A DNA stretch of 64,000 nt from Enoplolaimus lenunculus (lineage: Eukaryota). The notes beneath the pieces are model-generated. The model made no database searches. It had not been told where the DNA came from and saw only the letters and a program-made list of their open reading frames with translations. Below, piece by piece: positions 1-31,700 of the stretch (its first letter is position 1; each line of letters begins with the position of its first letter). A program made the position numbers and the translations under genes. Where the stretch lies: positions 310,001 to 374,000 of the forward strand of contig JASANG010002570.1 of the NCBI GenBank assembly GCA_030248215.1, written 5' to 3'.

Positions 1-20002
<20,002 letters not shown>

Positions 20003-21161
20003 CACAGTATAAATGCCTTTGTCGCCACCAGCAAGGTAAAGTACCAGCAAACGCAATTACTGAACTGATTTAACATTTAAAGAGAACTATTACATTGTCG
20101 CCGGTAAATTGTTTGTCAAATATGTACTTACTAAATAAATTATTTGGTAGCAAGTGCTAACCTTTTTTCGCGCCAGGTGCCGTATTTTACACTACATCTA
20201 CGTACTATATACATCGCCTACATGAATACGCGTTTCAAGTTATAAATAAAATCTTAAAACACATTATTCCCAATGAGCGATCTACCATCAAACTTGGCAT
20301 TGTTTCGTTCGTTGCAGGAGTTTCTTAATCTAAACTGCAATCCGCTCTTCCCTTATATTACCCATCCACGCGCATAGACAGCGCAGCAGACTTCAACCAG
20401 TGCCGGCTATAACCAAGTAAGACATATTTGCCCCAGTTCACATGCAATACTCGAAATACACAACGCGGTGCATTCTCTCCCACAGCAAAATGTAGAGTGC
20501 GCACATCCACATGGCAGATAAGGAATTGCCTGTTTTGAAACTACGTGCCTTTTGAGAACCTAAAATAACGGACGCCGTAGCTATGTAGTTCAAAGTCTTA
20601 ATCTTGTAAAAAACTTCTGTTGTAGTCTATATACAATATCTAAAGTCAGTCGGTCCCTAGTATGATGCTTTTATGACACTTTTACTTGTTACCAAAGTGT
20701 ATAGTAACTACATGTATAGCGAAATAGTTTATAAGTTTTTACCCAAGATTAGTATTACAATCAGTGGAATCGGAATCAACCAAATGGCTTAAAGGTCGAA
20801 TTCCAACTTAAGTCGAAATTATACTTAAGTTATGTAGTTTCACCAAGTAGGAGGCTTTTATCAATCATTTATTTTTTAAGATAATCAACAGTGGCTGTAT
20901 AAAAGTGTGTGCCAATTTTGAGCTGCTAGTGATAAAACTGTAAAATGGGGCATTTCGCATTTTCAGGGGCTACCAATTTATCCAAAATTTCGACCCGTAA
21001 GGATCTGTCTTGAACTTCAAAAAGACTTGTGTCATACCTTTACAACCCAGCAATTCTTTCAAAAACTAATCTTGTCTCCGGTTTCTAGCAGAAAATCAGG
21101 TGTGAAAACGCAATGATTTATCAAACATAAGCTCACCTGCAAGCTTAAAATTTACGGTGAA

Positions 21162-21593
21162 CACGGTGCAACCGGAATTCCGGTTCCGCTAGGGAAATCC
21201 GGTATTTTTCACTATCCGCTTCCGGTAACAAATCCGGTATTTTTTCACCGGAATTTTCCGGTATTTTCGGCATTGAAAATTTTTTCTCATTCGAAAATTT
21301 GAGAAAATCTGGCATATTTATTCCAAAACCTATTTATCTAAAATAGTCCGAGCGTGTATTGTCAAAATTTTCAATTTGTGCCACACTTTATAATTTACCA
21401 TATGTTTTCTCCTACTGCATTTGTTTCAAGATTTTGGCATTGTAAATGGTGGGTTTACGGCATTAAAAGCGATAAAATAGCGCTTAAAAATGAATTTTTC
21501 GGTATCAAATATTTTTATTTTCCGGTTCCGGCCCCGGTTCTGGTATTATTTAACTTTTCGGTTCCGGTATTTTATAACTTCGGTTGCACCCTG
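21162..21593. mobile_element. hAT-like MITE upstream of DOT1L with 8-bp TSD
   Basis: Flanks ACGGTGAA/ACGGTGGA; an empty paralogous site lies at about 22083-22194. Confidence 0.85.
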
Positions 21594-23087
21594 ACGGTGG
21601 ATATATAAAGGTTCATACACTGTAGATAGGGAAGCTTCGTTCAAAGTTGCGAGCAGCGAAACCGCAACCAGAAAGTTGAAAAAATACCGGAACCGGAGCG
21701 GGACCGGAAAATGACAAATACTTGTTACCGAAAGTTTATTTTTAACGCTATTTTATCGTTTTTAATGCTGTAAACATACCATTTAGAATGCCAAAATCCT
21801 GAAACAAATGCAGTAGGTGAAAACCTATGATAAATTATGGAGTATGGCACAAATTGAAAAATTCGGCAATACACACACGGAAAATTTTACAGAAATAAAT
21901 TTGAATACTATGTCGATTTTTCTTAAATTTTCTAATGAAAAAAATTTGCAATACCGAAAATACCAGAAAATTCCGGTGAAAAAATGCCGGATTTATTAAC
22001 CGGAACCGGATAGTGAAAAATACCGGATTTTCCTACCGGAACCTGAATTCCGGTTGCACCTTGCCAGCAGAACATGAGGGGCGAAAACGCAATGATTTAT
22101 ATAGCGGAAGCTCACCTGGTCAAGCTTAAAATTTACGGTGAATAAAGTTTCATGCACTGTGTAAAGTAGATTGGGTAGCTTCATTCAAAATTGCCACATA
22201 AGGCGGTAAGCGCATATTTTTGTAACCTTATCGATTTTTACGATAAGAGACGTAGAAGTAGGACTACACATTTTGATCAGAATAGGATCAATGCATATAG
22301 ACATGTATAATACTTATATTGCAACCAATGGTTTATTATGCTTTACCTTTACAAACTGTCAGGGTTACTTCTTCACTTCCCGCCACGTAAAAACATTTTC
22401 TCTCCACAGATAAACGAATCTGAACGTTAGCTCAAGTCATAGGCTAAGGGCCAATGTAACGAACAAGGACGGAACAGTATTATAAGCATAAGCCAACGCC
22501 TAAGCCTAAAGCCTATTAAGCCAAGCAAAAAACTTAGTCTAAACCCTAAAGCGTACTCTTTCCAGTCTCACAGAAAAACGTTCCCCCCTGATAAAATTCT
22601 TGTCATACGAAAAAATAATGTTATAAAAATTGTGGGTGGGAACTTATCCATTGACCATCCACTAGCGTTAGCTTCTGGTTTCATCGTAAACTCTCATAAG
22701 CGGGGTAGGCAACACAGTCTGTTATGATTTCGTATCTGAGAACGCCAATAAGTTTATTAACGATTCGCATCCCAAAAATGTACGATTGATTTAGCATTTG
22801 CTGTATTATAGAAACAATTCAATATTTTGGATTCACTTTGGCAATTACTTGATTATAAATCTGGTTAACCTGTATATTTTGTAGTCGGTTCAGCATCGAG
22901 TCTATTAATATTTTCACTCAATTGATCGGTTTTACAGTCAGTGTTTCTTTTCACACATTTTCTGTACAAAGGAACATCTTTAAATTATTTCAACTGGAAC
23001 ACCCGCTGTCACCAGCCAAGTACGTAATATTTGGAAAGTATATGGTACAACCGGACGTCTGCCTCTGACGTCTGCTTCGGCTGAAAT

Positions 23088-23237
23088 CGGCCTCCGGCTC
23101 CGGCTTCGGCTCCGGCTTCGGCTCCGGCTTCGGCTCCGGCTTCGGCTCCGGCTTCGGCTCCGGCTTCGGCTCCGGCTTCGGCTCCGGCTTCGGCTCCGGC
23201 TTCGGCTCCGGCTTCGGCTCCGGCTTCGGCTCCGGCT
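23088..23237. repeat. 12-bp minisatellite (GGCTTCGGCTCC)n, about 12 copies, inside an hAT-like MITE
   Basis: Perfect tandem run; the related copy at 47929-48294 has only short unexpanded motifs at this position. Confidence 0.95.
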
Positions 23238-24470
23238 CTATGGTAGAATTTATGCCGGAGGTTGCGGATATTTCAGTAGTACAAATTTTGCATAATTTTG
23301 CAAAATTTTTATCTGTTTAGCGTGTTTCGTTTTACTTTTGTCTCAATTTTCAAGAAAGAATTTCCGAAATTTCTCAGAAAATCATGTAAAATCAAACAAC
23401 TTAATAAGATATTGCAGATATTGGCTATAATTAACTAATTATCTATCATTTTTACTACATAATTTCGCCTCACCTACGGCTCCGGATCCGGTATTTTTCA
23501 CCTCCGGTTGCACCCTGTTGGAAAGTGATTTATTTATCATTAACATATTTTGTTTCAAAACTCAATCGTTTACAGGTTTTGTAGAAAATGCAATTATACT
23601 TAACTTTTTCAGTGTTAAACATATTGAGTTATCTTGCCAAGCCACGGGCCGGTAGCCAATTGCCCCCATTCCACAGATGATTTTCAGTCTTGCTTGTAAG
23701 TCATTGAAAACCCTTGAATGCCCCTCCTGAAAAATTTTTTAGTCCCCCTAGCAAAATGAGATGGTATACGGGTATACCAAGTCACATTTTGAATTCGTGT
23801 ATTAATTTTGATTTTAGACATCTTCGTGTAACCCAAGAATCGATAATGAAGTTGTTGACAAGAGTATGCAGCTTTCTTAAACGGGATGTCCACCAATTTT
23901 ATGGTTTCACCCCCTATAAACGAGTGGGGTGATGCTATGGGCAAAACGATGTACGCTGCTCAAGTAGATTCTTTCCTTTGCACTGAATGTACCCATAGTT
24001 GCATTCTCATCGTACATATTTGTCAGAACATTTCAACCACTTCGCCTTGAAGCAATGTAAGGAAGAAGTATAACAAAAACACAACGCGTGCTGGGTACAT
24101 CCTTTTCAACAGAGATTATAGAATATATATACCAAGTTGCATACTCATCTTCAAGATGGGAATGTGTACCTTTAATCTGATTATTGGCCAGTGTTTGATC
24201 TCGACAACGAAACAAGTTCACTGTAAATTCCAATAAGTTAATTATCTCAGACGAAAAGTTAGTTATTTATGAGTTAATAACAGTTAACTTTATACTAACT
24301 CTGAGTTGAGCTGATTCTCACTCTGAATTGAGTTGATTACGATGAAGTTGATTAATTAAATCAGAATGAGCTGAATCAACTCAGAATTATGTGTTCTGAT
24401 AGTCCTAACTCAGACTGAGTGATTAACTCATTCTGAGTTAAAATAAACTCACGGGAATTTATAGTGTTCG

Positions 24471-24900
24471 TACTGTAGCGACCCAAATTAGAGTGGGGGT
24501 GTAATATTCCCATTTTGAGTCCCAATCAATGAGTTTCCGTATTCCTGATAAGAATCTGTAAGCGGATTGACTCCCTTGCCCTAATTAGACTCCGTAAATG
24601 TCAATTTTCCCTCATTGTAGTTCATAAATGACTCCAGGACGAAATAAAAGTTGAATTCGAAACTTTAAAGCATACTTAAGTTTTGGAAGAACATTCCTAA
24701 GTATATTTATTTAACTTTGCATTACACCGCTCAAACCTTTGATACAAGAGTTTCAACATTGGATGTATATCAGTTTTAACGATGGGTGGCGGAGAGCGGT
24801 TTAAAAATAAAAAATAGTCCGTAACCAAATAACAGGAGGACCCTCTGTACAGGCCGAATAAATATCAGTCTCCCCGCCTCTTTTTCGGGCCACTACAGTA
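24471..24900. mobile_element. MITE with TACTGTAG/CTACAGTA termini
   Basis: Imperfect TIR TACTGTAG.GACCC; related sequence at about 27564-28013, 47295-47559, 58645-58718 and 60535-60793. Confidence 0.75.
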
Positions 24901-25587
24901 GCTGTAAAAAGGATTGATAAGTCCAGGCTTGACTCCGTTAAGTAGTCCGAGGTCGGCATAAAGTGATTTGGCGCGCTACCAACGTTTCGGGAGGATGCCA
25001 AATGAATGGTTTAACCATAACTCGTTAACCAGACGTTTGATTGTGAAAAATTTAACACCATTCGCCTCAGCTCTGCAAGTTGCGTCAAATGATATGAAAT
25101 ATTTTAAACTGTTTCACAAAATATTTGTACTGTCCCAAGGGAGCAAGAGCCTTATAAATAGGACCTTAAAAATCGAATTTTTCAAAAATTCTAATTTGGG
25201 CATGGAATGTTAATGGAAAATCATGAGTCGCCTAAGTATGTATCAAATTTTGAAAATGCAACCATTTTTAGGCAAACGTCGACTGGCGAACGGATAACTG
25301 AAAAATACCCAAAAAGCCAGCAAATCAAATATTCAGCGTATAAATTTTTTTGCGTACAGTGCAAAGCATATAAAATATATAATAGAAAATATTGCATTTG
25401 ACATAATTATATATCGACAGTTGCTAAAAATTGTTGCAGTAGATTGTATAATTACAGCTGTTTTATTGTTGTCTTGAGAGCGGAAGCTTTCAAGCTTGTT
25501 CTACTGTGTATACTATTGCATAGTAAATGAGTTTGGCCATTTCAAGATGAAAATATATTATTTGTATTGGTCTTGTATACCCGTTTT

Positions 25588-26166
25588 GGCCAATGTTACT
25601 TTAAAGGCCGTCCGATTTTCACGGGATAGCAATGTACCAGGAGTACATTCCAAAAATATAATTGGGACAGCGGGACTGTTTGCGCAGATGGGACAGTTGG
25701 GACAGATGGGACAGTTGGGACAGATGGGACAGATGGGACACTTGCGACAGATGGGACAGTTGGGACAGCTGAGACAGATGGGACAGCGGGACAGATGGGA
25801 CAGATGGGACACTTGCGACAGATGGGACAGTTTGACAGCTGGCACAGATGGGACAGTTAGAACAGTTGGGGCAGATGGGACAGTTGGGAGAGATGGGACA
25901 GTTGGGAAAACGGGACAGATGCGACAGTTAGGACATTTGAGACAGATGGGACAGTGGGACAGATTGGACAGTTGGGACCGTTGGGACAAATGGGACAGTT
26001 GGGACAGATGGGACAGTTGGGACAGATGGGACAGCGGGACAGATGGGACAGGTATATCTACGTAAATATATCTGCCTGTGCATATGTAAACAGGAGCGCA
26101 TAAGTGTGCACTCCGGGCATATTTGTGTCCCGGGCAATTGGGACGGCCTGTATAGTAACATGGGCT
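25588..26166. mobile_element. GGCC-ended MITE with internal (GGGACAGAT/GGGACAGTT)n minisatellite
   Basis: Ends GGCCAATGTTACT and AGTAACATGGGCT; perfect 8-bp TSD CCCGTTTT; roughly 9-bp repeats at 25663-26051. Confidence 0.85.
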
Positions 26167-26375
26167 CCCGTTTTGAGCCAGGGAAACCTTTAGGCAAAAC
26201 TGGAGATGTCACTTTCTTAAAATTTGAATATTTCACTTAGATTGGAAATGCAGGTTTCAATAGAAATTAAATGATAAACATAATATCTGAGTTTGATTTC
26301 GTTTTATGAGATAATCGGAAATTACGACATTTCAATGCTAATAGTTTATTGTAAACCACTCAAAGGCTACCTCTA

Positions 26376-26543
26376 TTAACCCTTCTCACATACGGTGACT
26401 ATGGACAACTCAGCGCCGTGTACATACTCCTATACCTGAGTGGTGATGGTAAATGCTTTCCACTTCAGTCACTAGTGTTCGAATCTTTGCATAAAAGTAG
26501 GTCTCGGATGAAATAGAAAATATTCATGTGATTTAAGGGTTAA
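26376..26543 (+). mobile_element. Internally deleted copy of the piggyBac-type tRNA-like MITE
   Basis: TTAACCCTTCTCACAT...AAGGGTTAA; about 100 bp shorter but retains the tRNA-like part. Confidence 0.8.
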
Positions 26544-28725
26544 CAGAGAAAATAAATAATTGGTTCAAATAAATGTACCGTTTAATGCTCTCGAATCGAA
26601 ACAACAAAATCTGGTGAGCAGTGACAAACCAGGTTAAATTTCAACAAACTTGGACTTTCTAAATTTGCAAAGCTATTTAATTTTACTATCACTGCAAAAA
26701 ATGAGCCAAATTGACTGTCTTCGAAATAGGCTTTACGAGACTACACAAACTGAGTCAAAATTCGACTCCTCCAGCGTCCAACGTGCGGCTCAGTGAGTCG
26801 AATTTGACTTTGTCGGATTCAAATTTGACTCAATTTGTATAGTCTCGTAGAGCGTATTTCCGAGAGAGTGACAATTTGACTTGCCATTTTTTGCAGTGTA
26901 GAGTTACAAAAATATTACGTTCGTTTAGTTGATAGAAATTAATTAATTTGTTTTGTGTACAAAAGTTTATTTTATGGTCGCTAATTTTTCCAATGATGTT
27001 GGTTAATAGCAGACGTATCATGAAGTTTTCAAATTCTCAGAAAACAGTTTTGACTTTTCTCATTGTCTCGGTCAGTGTCGCATTTAAAAATTTAGACAAT
27101 TTATAATAAAATGAAAATTACATTAAAATTTATGTACGCTGCCTTTCTCGAACATATTAGTCGCATTTATAAACCTGGACAGAAACCGCTAAAGAACACT
27201 AACGCTGAAAACAATGCTCACAGAAACAATTACACTCACATAATCATAAGGGCCAATGTTACTTTGAAGGGCGTAAAAAAGTATACAATATATTCCTAAA
27301 CATAAGTTTAAGCCTATTATATAAAATCCCACGCCTAAGCACAAGCTTAACCCCAATCCTCAACGCAAAGAGAAAACTATAACTAAACCTAAGCGTAAGC
27401 CTAAGCCTGAGCTAAATATAGTCTTACCGAGACAATGATTTGAACTTCAAAGTGACGTGGGCCAACATAAGTAATGCAAAAAACTTATAAGAATCGTGCA
27501 AAGCAATTCTAGCCAATAGCATCAAAATGCGTGGCTTTGCAGCACAAAGCATATTTTTATATCCTGTAGTAACTCGACAAGAAGATGGGGTTAATCTGAG
27601 GGGGTCCTCATTTTGAGACCCAATCAATAGGAGTCCGTATCTCTAATAAAGAGTCCGTAAGCGTATAGAATCCCCTAACCCCAATTAGAGTCCATAAATG
27701 TCAATTATTCCTCACTGTAATGCATAGATGACCGAAGGACTAGATAAGTTGAGTTCGAAAGTTTAAAGCATACCTAGGCTTTGAAAGTACATTCCCAAGT
27801 ATAACCTTGCATTATCGCTTAAGCTATTGTCGACACAAGACAAATAATCATTTACGGATAGTTGCAATACCGGATATACATCAGTAACCAAAGGCGCCGG
27901 GGCGCGGGTTAAAATACAAAACAGTCCGTAACCGAATCACACGGGGTACCCTCAGGAGAAGCCAAATGAATATAAATCCCATCTCTTATTCCTCTTATTC
28001 GGATTGCTTTAGTGTACTTAAATACTCGTTTACCCTTTCAGTGATTTTGATCTCAATCTGTTTCCGTTGCAGAACTGTTCCGGATACTAGAACAATTTTT
28101 TAAAAACCCATTTCTAGGCAAAATTAAGCCCCATTCATATGTGCAAGATTTTGCAATGAGAACTCGCAGCTGCCACTTGCACAAAATGCTTGCAGCTGCA
28201 AGTATTTTTAAAAGAACAGGTGCGAATTAAATTCAATAGCAAGAATTCCAGTGAATCATTTGCCGTTACAAGAACTTCAAAGCTGCTTTGTGACCAACGT
28301 TGCACATGCAAGTTGCACGTACACTGTAAATTGCAGTCAATTGATTTTAACGCCGAATGAGTTGAATGCACTCAGAAGTCTGAGCTCTGAATTATAGGTC
28401 TTTCAGAACTCAGAATTCTAAATTGGTTGAACTCATTCAGAGGTAATTAATAAACTCATTCGGGAATTAAATCAACTCTGAATGGAGTTACTATTTACCG
28501 TTAACTCAGAAACAGCCAGAAACAGCTCTCTCTGAGTTGATTAATCAACTTATTGGAATTTACAGTGTGCATGTTTTTGCTGCAACAACTTGCACGTGTG
28601 AACAGGGTTTTACATTATTGAAATCGGCTTGAATTCTGCGTTTGCGCAACGTGCGAATACCCGCATTAACTGAACATTGCGTCAGAAACGATTTTTTAAC
28701 CAAAACTCGTTAGATTTTTTCAAAA

Positions 28726-31700
28726 ATGACAAGATTAAAACGAATTATCTTAGCAATAATATTAGTTTTAATATCAATTGCAAAAACGACAGAATCTCAA
28801 AATTCTACCAAATCAAATTGCTTTACAAGCCGACCTGACGATTTGGATTTGCCGCAGAGTAAATCAACAAACTATTTAATTTATTTTAATTTTAAAATCA
28901 TTTTTAATACATTTAAATGCTGCGGGTTAAGTATACGATACTTCGGACGGTCTATGTCCAGATCAGAGGCGGAACATTTTTCTATGCGATTGCAATAGAG
29001 TAAGCTTAAGCTTTAGACTAATTTTTTGCTTGGTTTAGGCTTAAGTTTAGGCTGAGGCTTAGGAATATGTTCATTCTTACGCTTAGGCTTAAGCTACGGC
29101 TTAGGAATATGCTTATAATACTGCTCCGCCCTTGTTCTTCTACATTGGCCCTTCGGACAGAGGTATTGAGTACTTAGGGGCTTAATTTTAAGTGTCAATC
29201 AACAGGAACCTGTAGTCATAGAATCCGTAATTGGACAAAGTCCTAAATATCTAATAGAGTCCATAACTGTAAATTGTCCTAATTGTAGAACGTTAATGGT
29301 TCTTGCAACAACCAAAACTCATTACATTTCGACGTCAAAGTTCAGAAAATCACATCCCCTGGCGCACCGCTGGTATATGAGCGTAGTTAGTCAGGGTTTT
29401 AGACCAGGGGTTCACGTTCTATGATAATTTAGTTTGGGTTTTTGTTGGTGCCAAAAGAAAAATTGGCTAAAAATTCTGGGAAAAATCTCAAAGGATGAGA
29501 AAAGATTCATAAACCAACCCAGCTTACGATCTTAACAATTCATTTGAACGTAGACTGAAAAAATTGAGAGTCAAATTGACTCTCTCCGAAATAGGCTTTT
29601 CCTGATTACACAAACTGAGTCAAAATTCGACTCCGCCAGAGTCAAATTCGATTCACTGAGTGTAGCGTTCAAATGCTCGAATTATATATTGGTTCAGAAT
29701 GTATAACCAATGGACAAATATTTCAATTAACCTTTCGAACCGAGCTTTTCACTTTTAAAAACATATTAATTAATTTTCAAAACTTTAAATTTTGCTTAAA
29801 TATTTCAATTAGCCTTTCGGACACATGTAAAGATCAGGATCGGAACGTTTTTCTGCGGGACTGCAATAGAGTAAGCTTAAAGCTTTTGACTTTTAAAAGA
29901 CATATATTAATTAATTTTCAAAACTTTAAATTTTGCTTAAATATTTCAATTAACCTTTCGGACAGATATAAAGATCAGGATCTGAACATTTTTCTGCGGG
30001 ACTGCAATAGAGTAAGCTTAAAGCTTTTGACTTTTAAAAGACATATATTAATTAATTTTCAAAACTCTTAATTTTGCTTAAATATTTCAATTAGCCTTTC
30101 GGACACATGTAAAGATCAGGATCGGAACGTTTTTCTGCGGGACTGCAATAGAGTAAGCTTAAAGCTTTTGACTTTTAAAAGACATATATTAATTAATTTT
30201 CAAAACTTTAAATTTTGCTTAAATATTTCAATTAGCCTTTCGGACACATGTAAAGATCAGGATCGGAACGTTTTTCTGCGGGACTGCAATAGAGTAAGCT
30301 TAAAGCTTTTGACTTTTAAAAGACATATATTAATTAATTTTCAAAACTTTAAATTTTGCTTAAATATTTCAATTAGCCTTTCGGACACATGTAAAGATCA
30401 GGATCGGAACGTTTTTCTGCGGGACTGCAATAGAGTAAGCTTAAAGCTTTTGACTTTTAAAAGACATATATTAATTAATTTTCAAAACTTTAAATTTTGC
30501 TTAAATATTTCAATTAGCCTTTCGGACACATGTAAAGATCAGGATCGGAACGTTTTTCTGCGGGACTGCAATAGAGTAAGCTTAAAGCTTTTGACTTTTA
30601 AAAGACATATATTAATTAATTTTCAAAACTTTAAATTTTGCTTAAATATTTCAATTAGCCTTTCGGACACATGTAAAGATCAGGATCGGAACGTTTCTCT
30701 GCGGGACTGCAATAGAGTAAGCTTAAAGCTTTTGACTTTTAAAAGACATATATTAATTAATTTTCAAAGCTTTAAATTTTGCTTAAATATTTCAATTAGC
30801 CTTTCGGACACATGTAAAGATCAGGATCGGAACGTTTTTCTGCGGGACTGCAATAGAGTAAGCTTAAAGCTTTTGACTTTTAAAAGACATATATTAATTA
30901 ATTTTCAAAACTTTAAATTTTGCTTAAATATTTCAATTAGCCTTTCGGACACATGTAAAGATCAGGATCGGAACGTTTTTCTGCGGGACTGCAATAGAGT
31001 AAGCTTAAAGCTTTTGACTTTTAAAAGACATATATTAATTAATTTTCAAAACTTTAAATTTTGCTTAAATATTTCAATTAGCCTTTCGGACACATGTAAA
31101 GATCAGGATCGGAACGTTTTTCTGCGGGACTGCAATAGAGTAAGCTTAAAGCTTTTGACTTTTAAAAGACATATATTAATTAATTTTCAAAACTCTTAAT
31201 TTTGCTTAAATATTTCAATTAACCTTTCGGACAGATGTAAAGATCAGGATCGGAACGTTTTTCTGCGAGACTGCAATAGAGTAAGCTTAAGCTTTTGACT
31301 TTTAAAAAACATATATGAATTAAGTTTCAAAACATTAAATTTTGCTTTCAGATTGCCATTTTTACAGTGTAGTACTAGACGCTGGATCGACTGGAACGCG
31401 TGCAACCGTATTAGGATTCACCTACGCTCCAATCCAAGATAATTTGACTAAAAGATTCAAATCAGGTTTCGTTTCATATCGTGCTAACGGCCACTACATT
31501 AGGCCTTTAGCAGTAACAAATAATAAAAATACCGGAAACGGACACAGATTTCAACAAATATCCGGGTTCATTTCTTTAATAAGGTTGTCAGTGTCCGGAG
31601 GGGATTGTCCACGTGGCGTAGTGGGTACGGCCAGAGGGCTGACTGCTATATTTGGGCCGCTCAAAAAACGAAACAGAACATTTATTTATTAAACATTACA

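Noticed and set aside
25496..26065. ORFs with MGQLGQ, WDRWDS and CPICPNC repeats resembling metallothionein or repeat proteins
   Set aside because: Translations of the GGGACAG minisatellite inside a TSD-flanked MITE.
30168..31199. 343-aa ORF of 47-aa repeats (also 29673-30071)
   Set aside because: By-product of a stop-free 141-bp tandem repeat inside an intron; non-ATG start, MITE-derived sequence, and 1-nt deletions break the frame.
29718..31346. CRISPR-like array (also 54998-57420)
   Set aside because: Units repeat in full without unique spacers; eukaryotic context and no cas genes.
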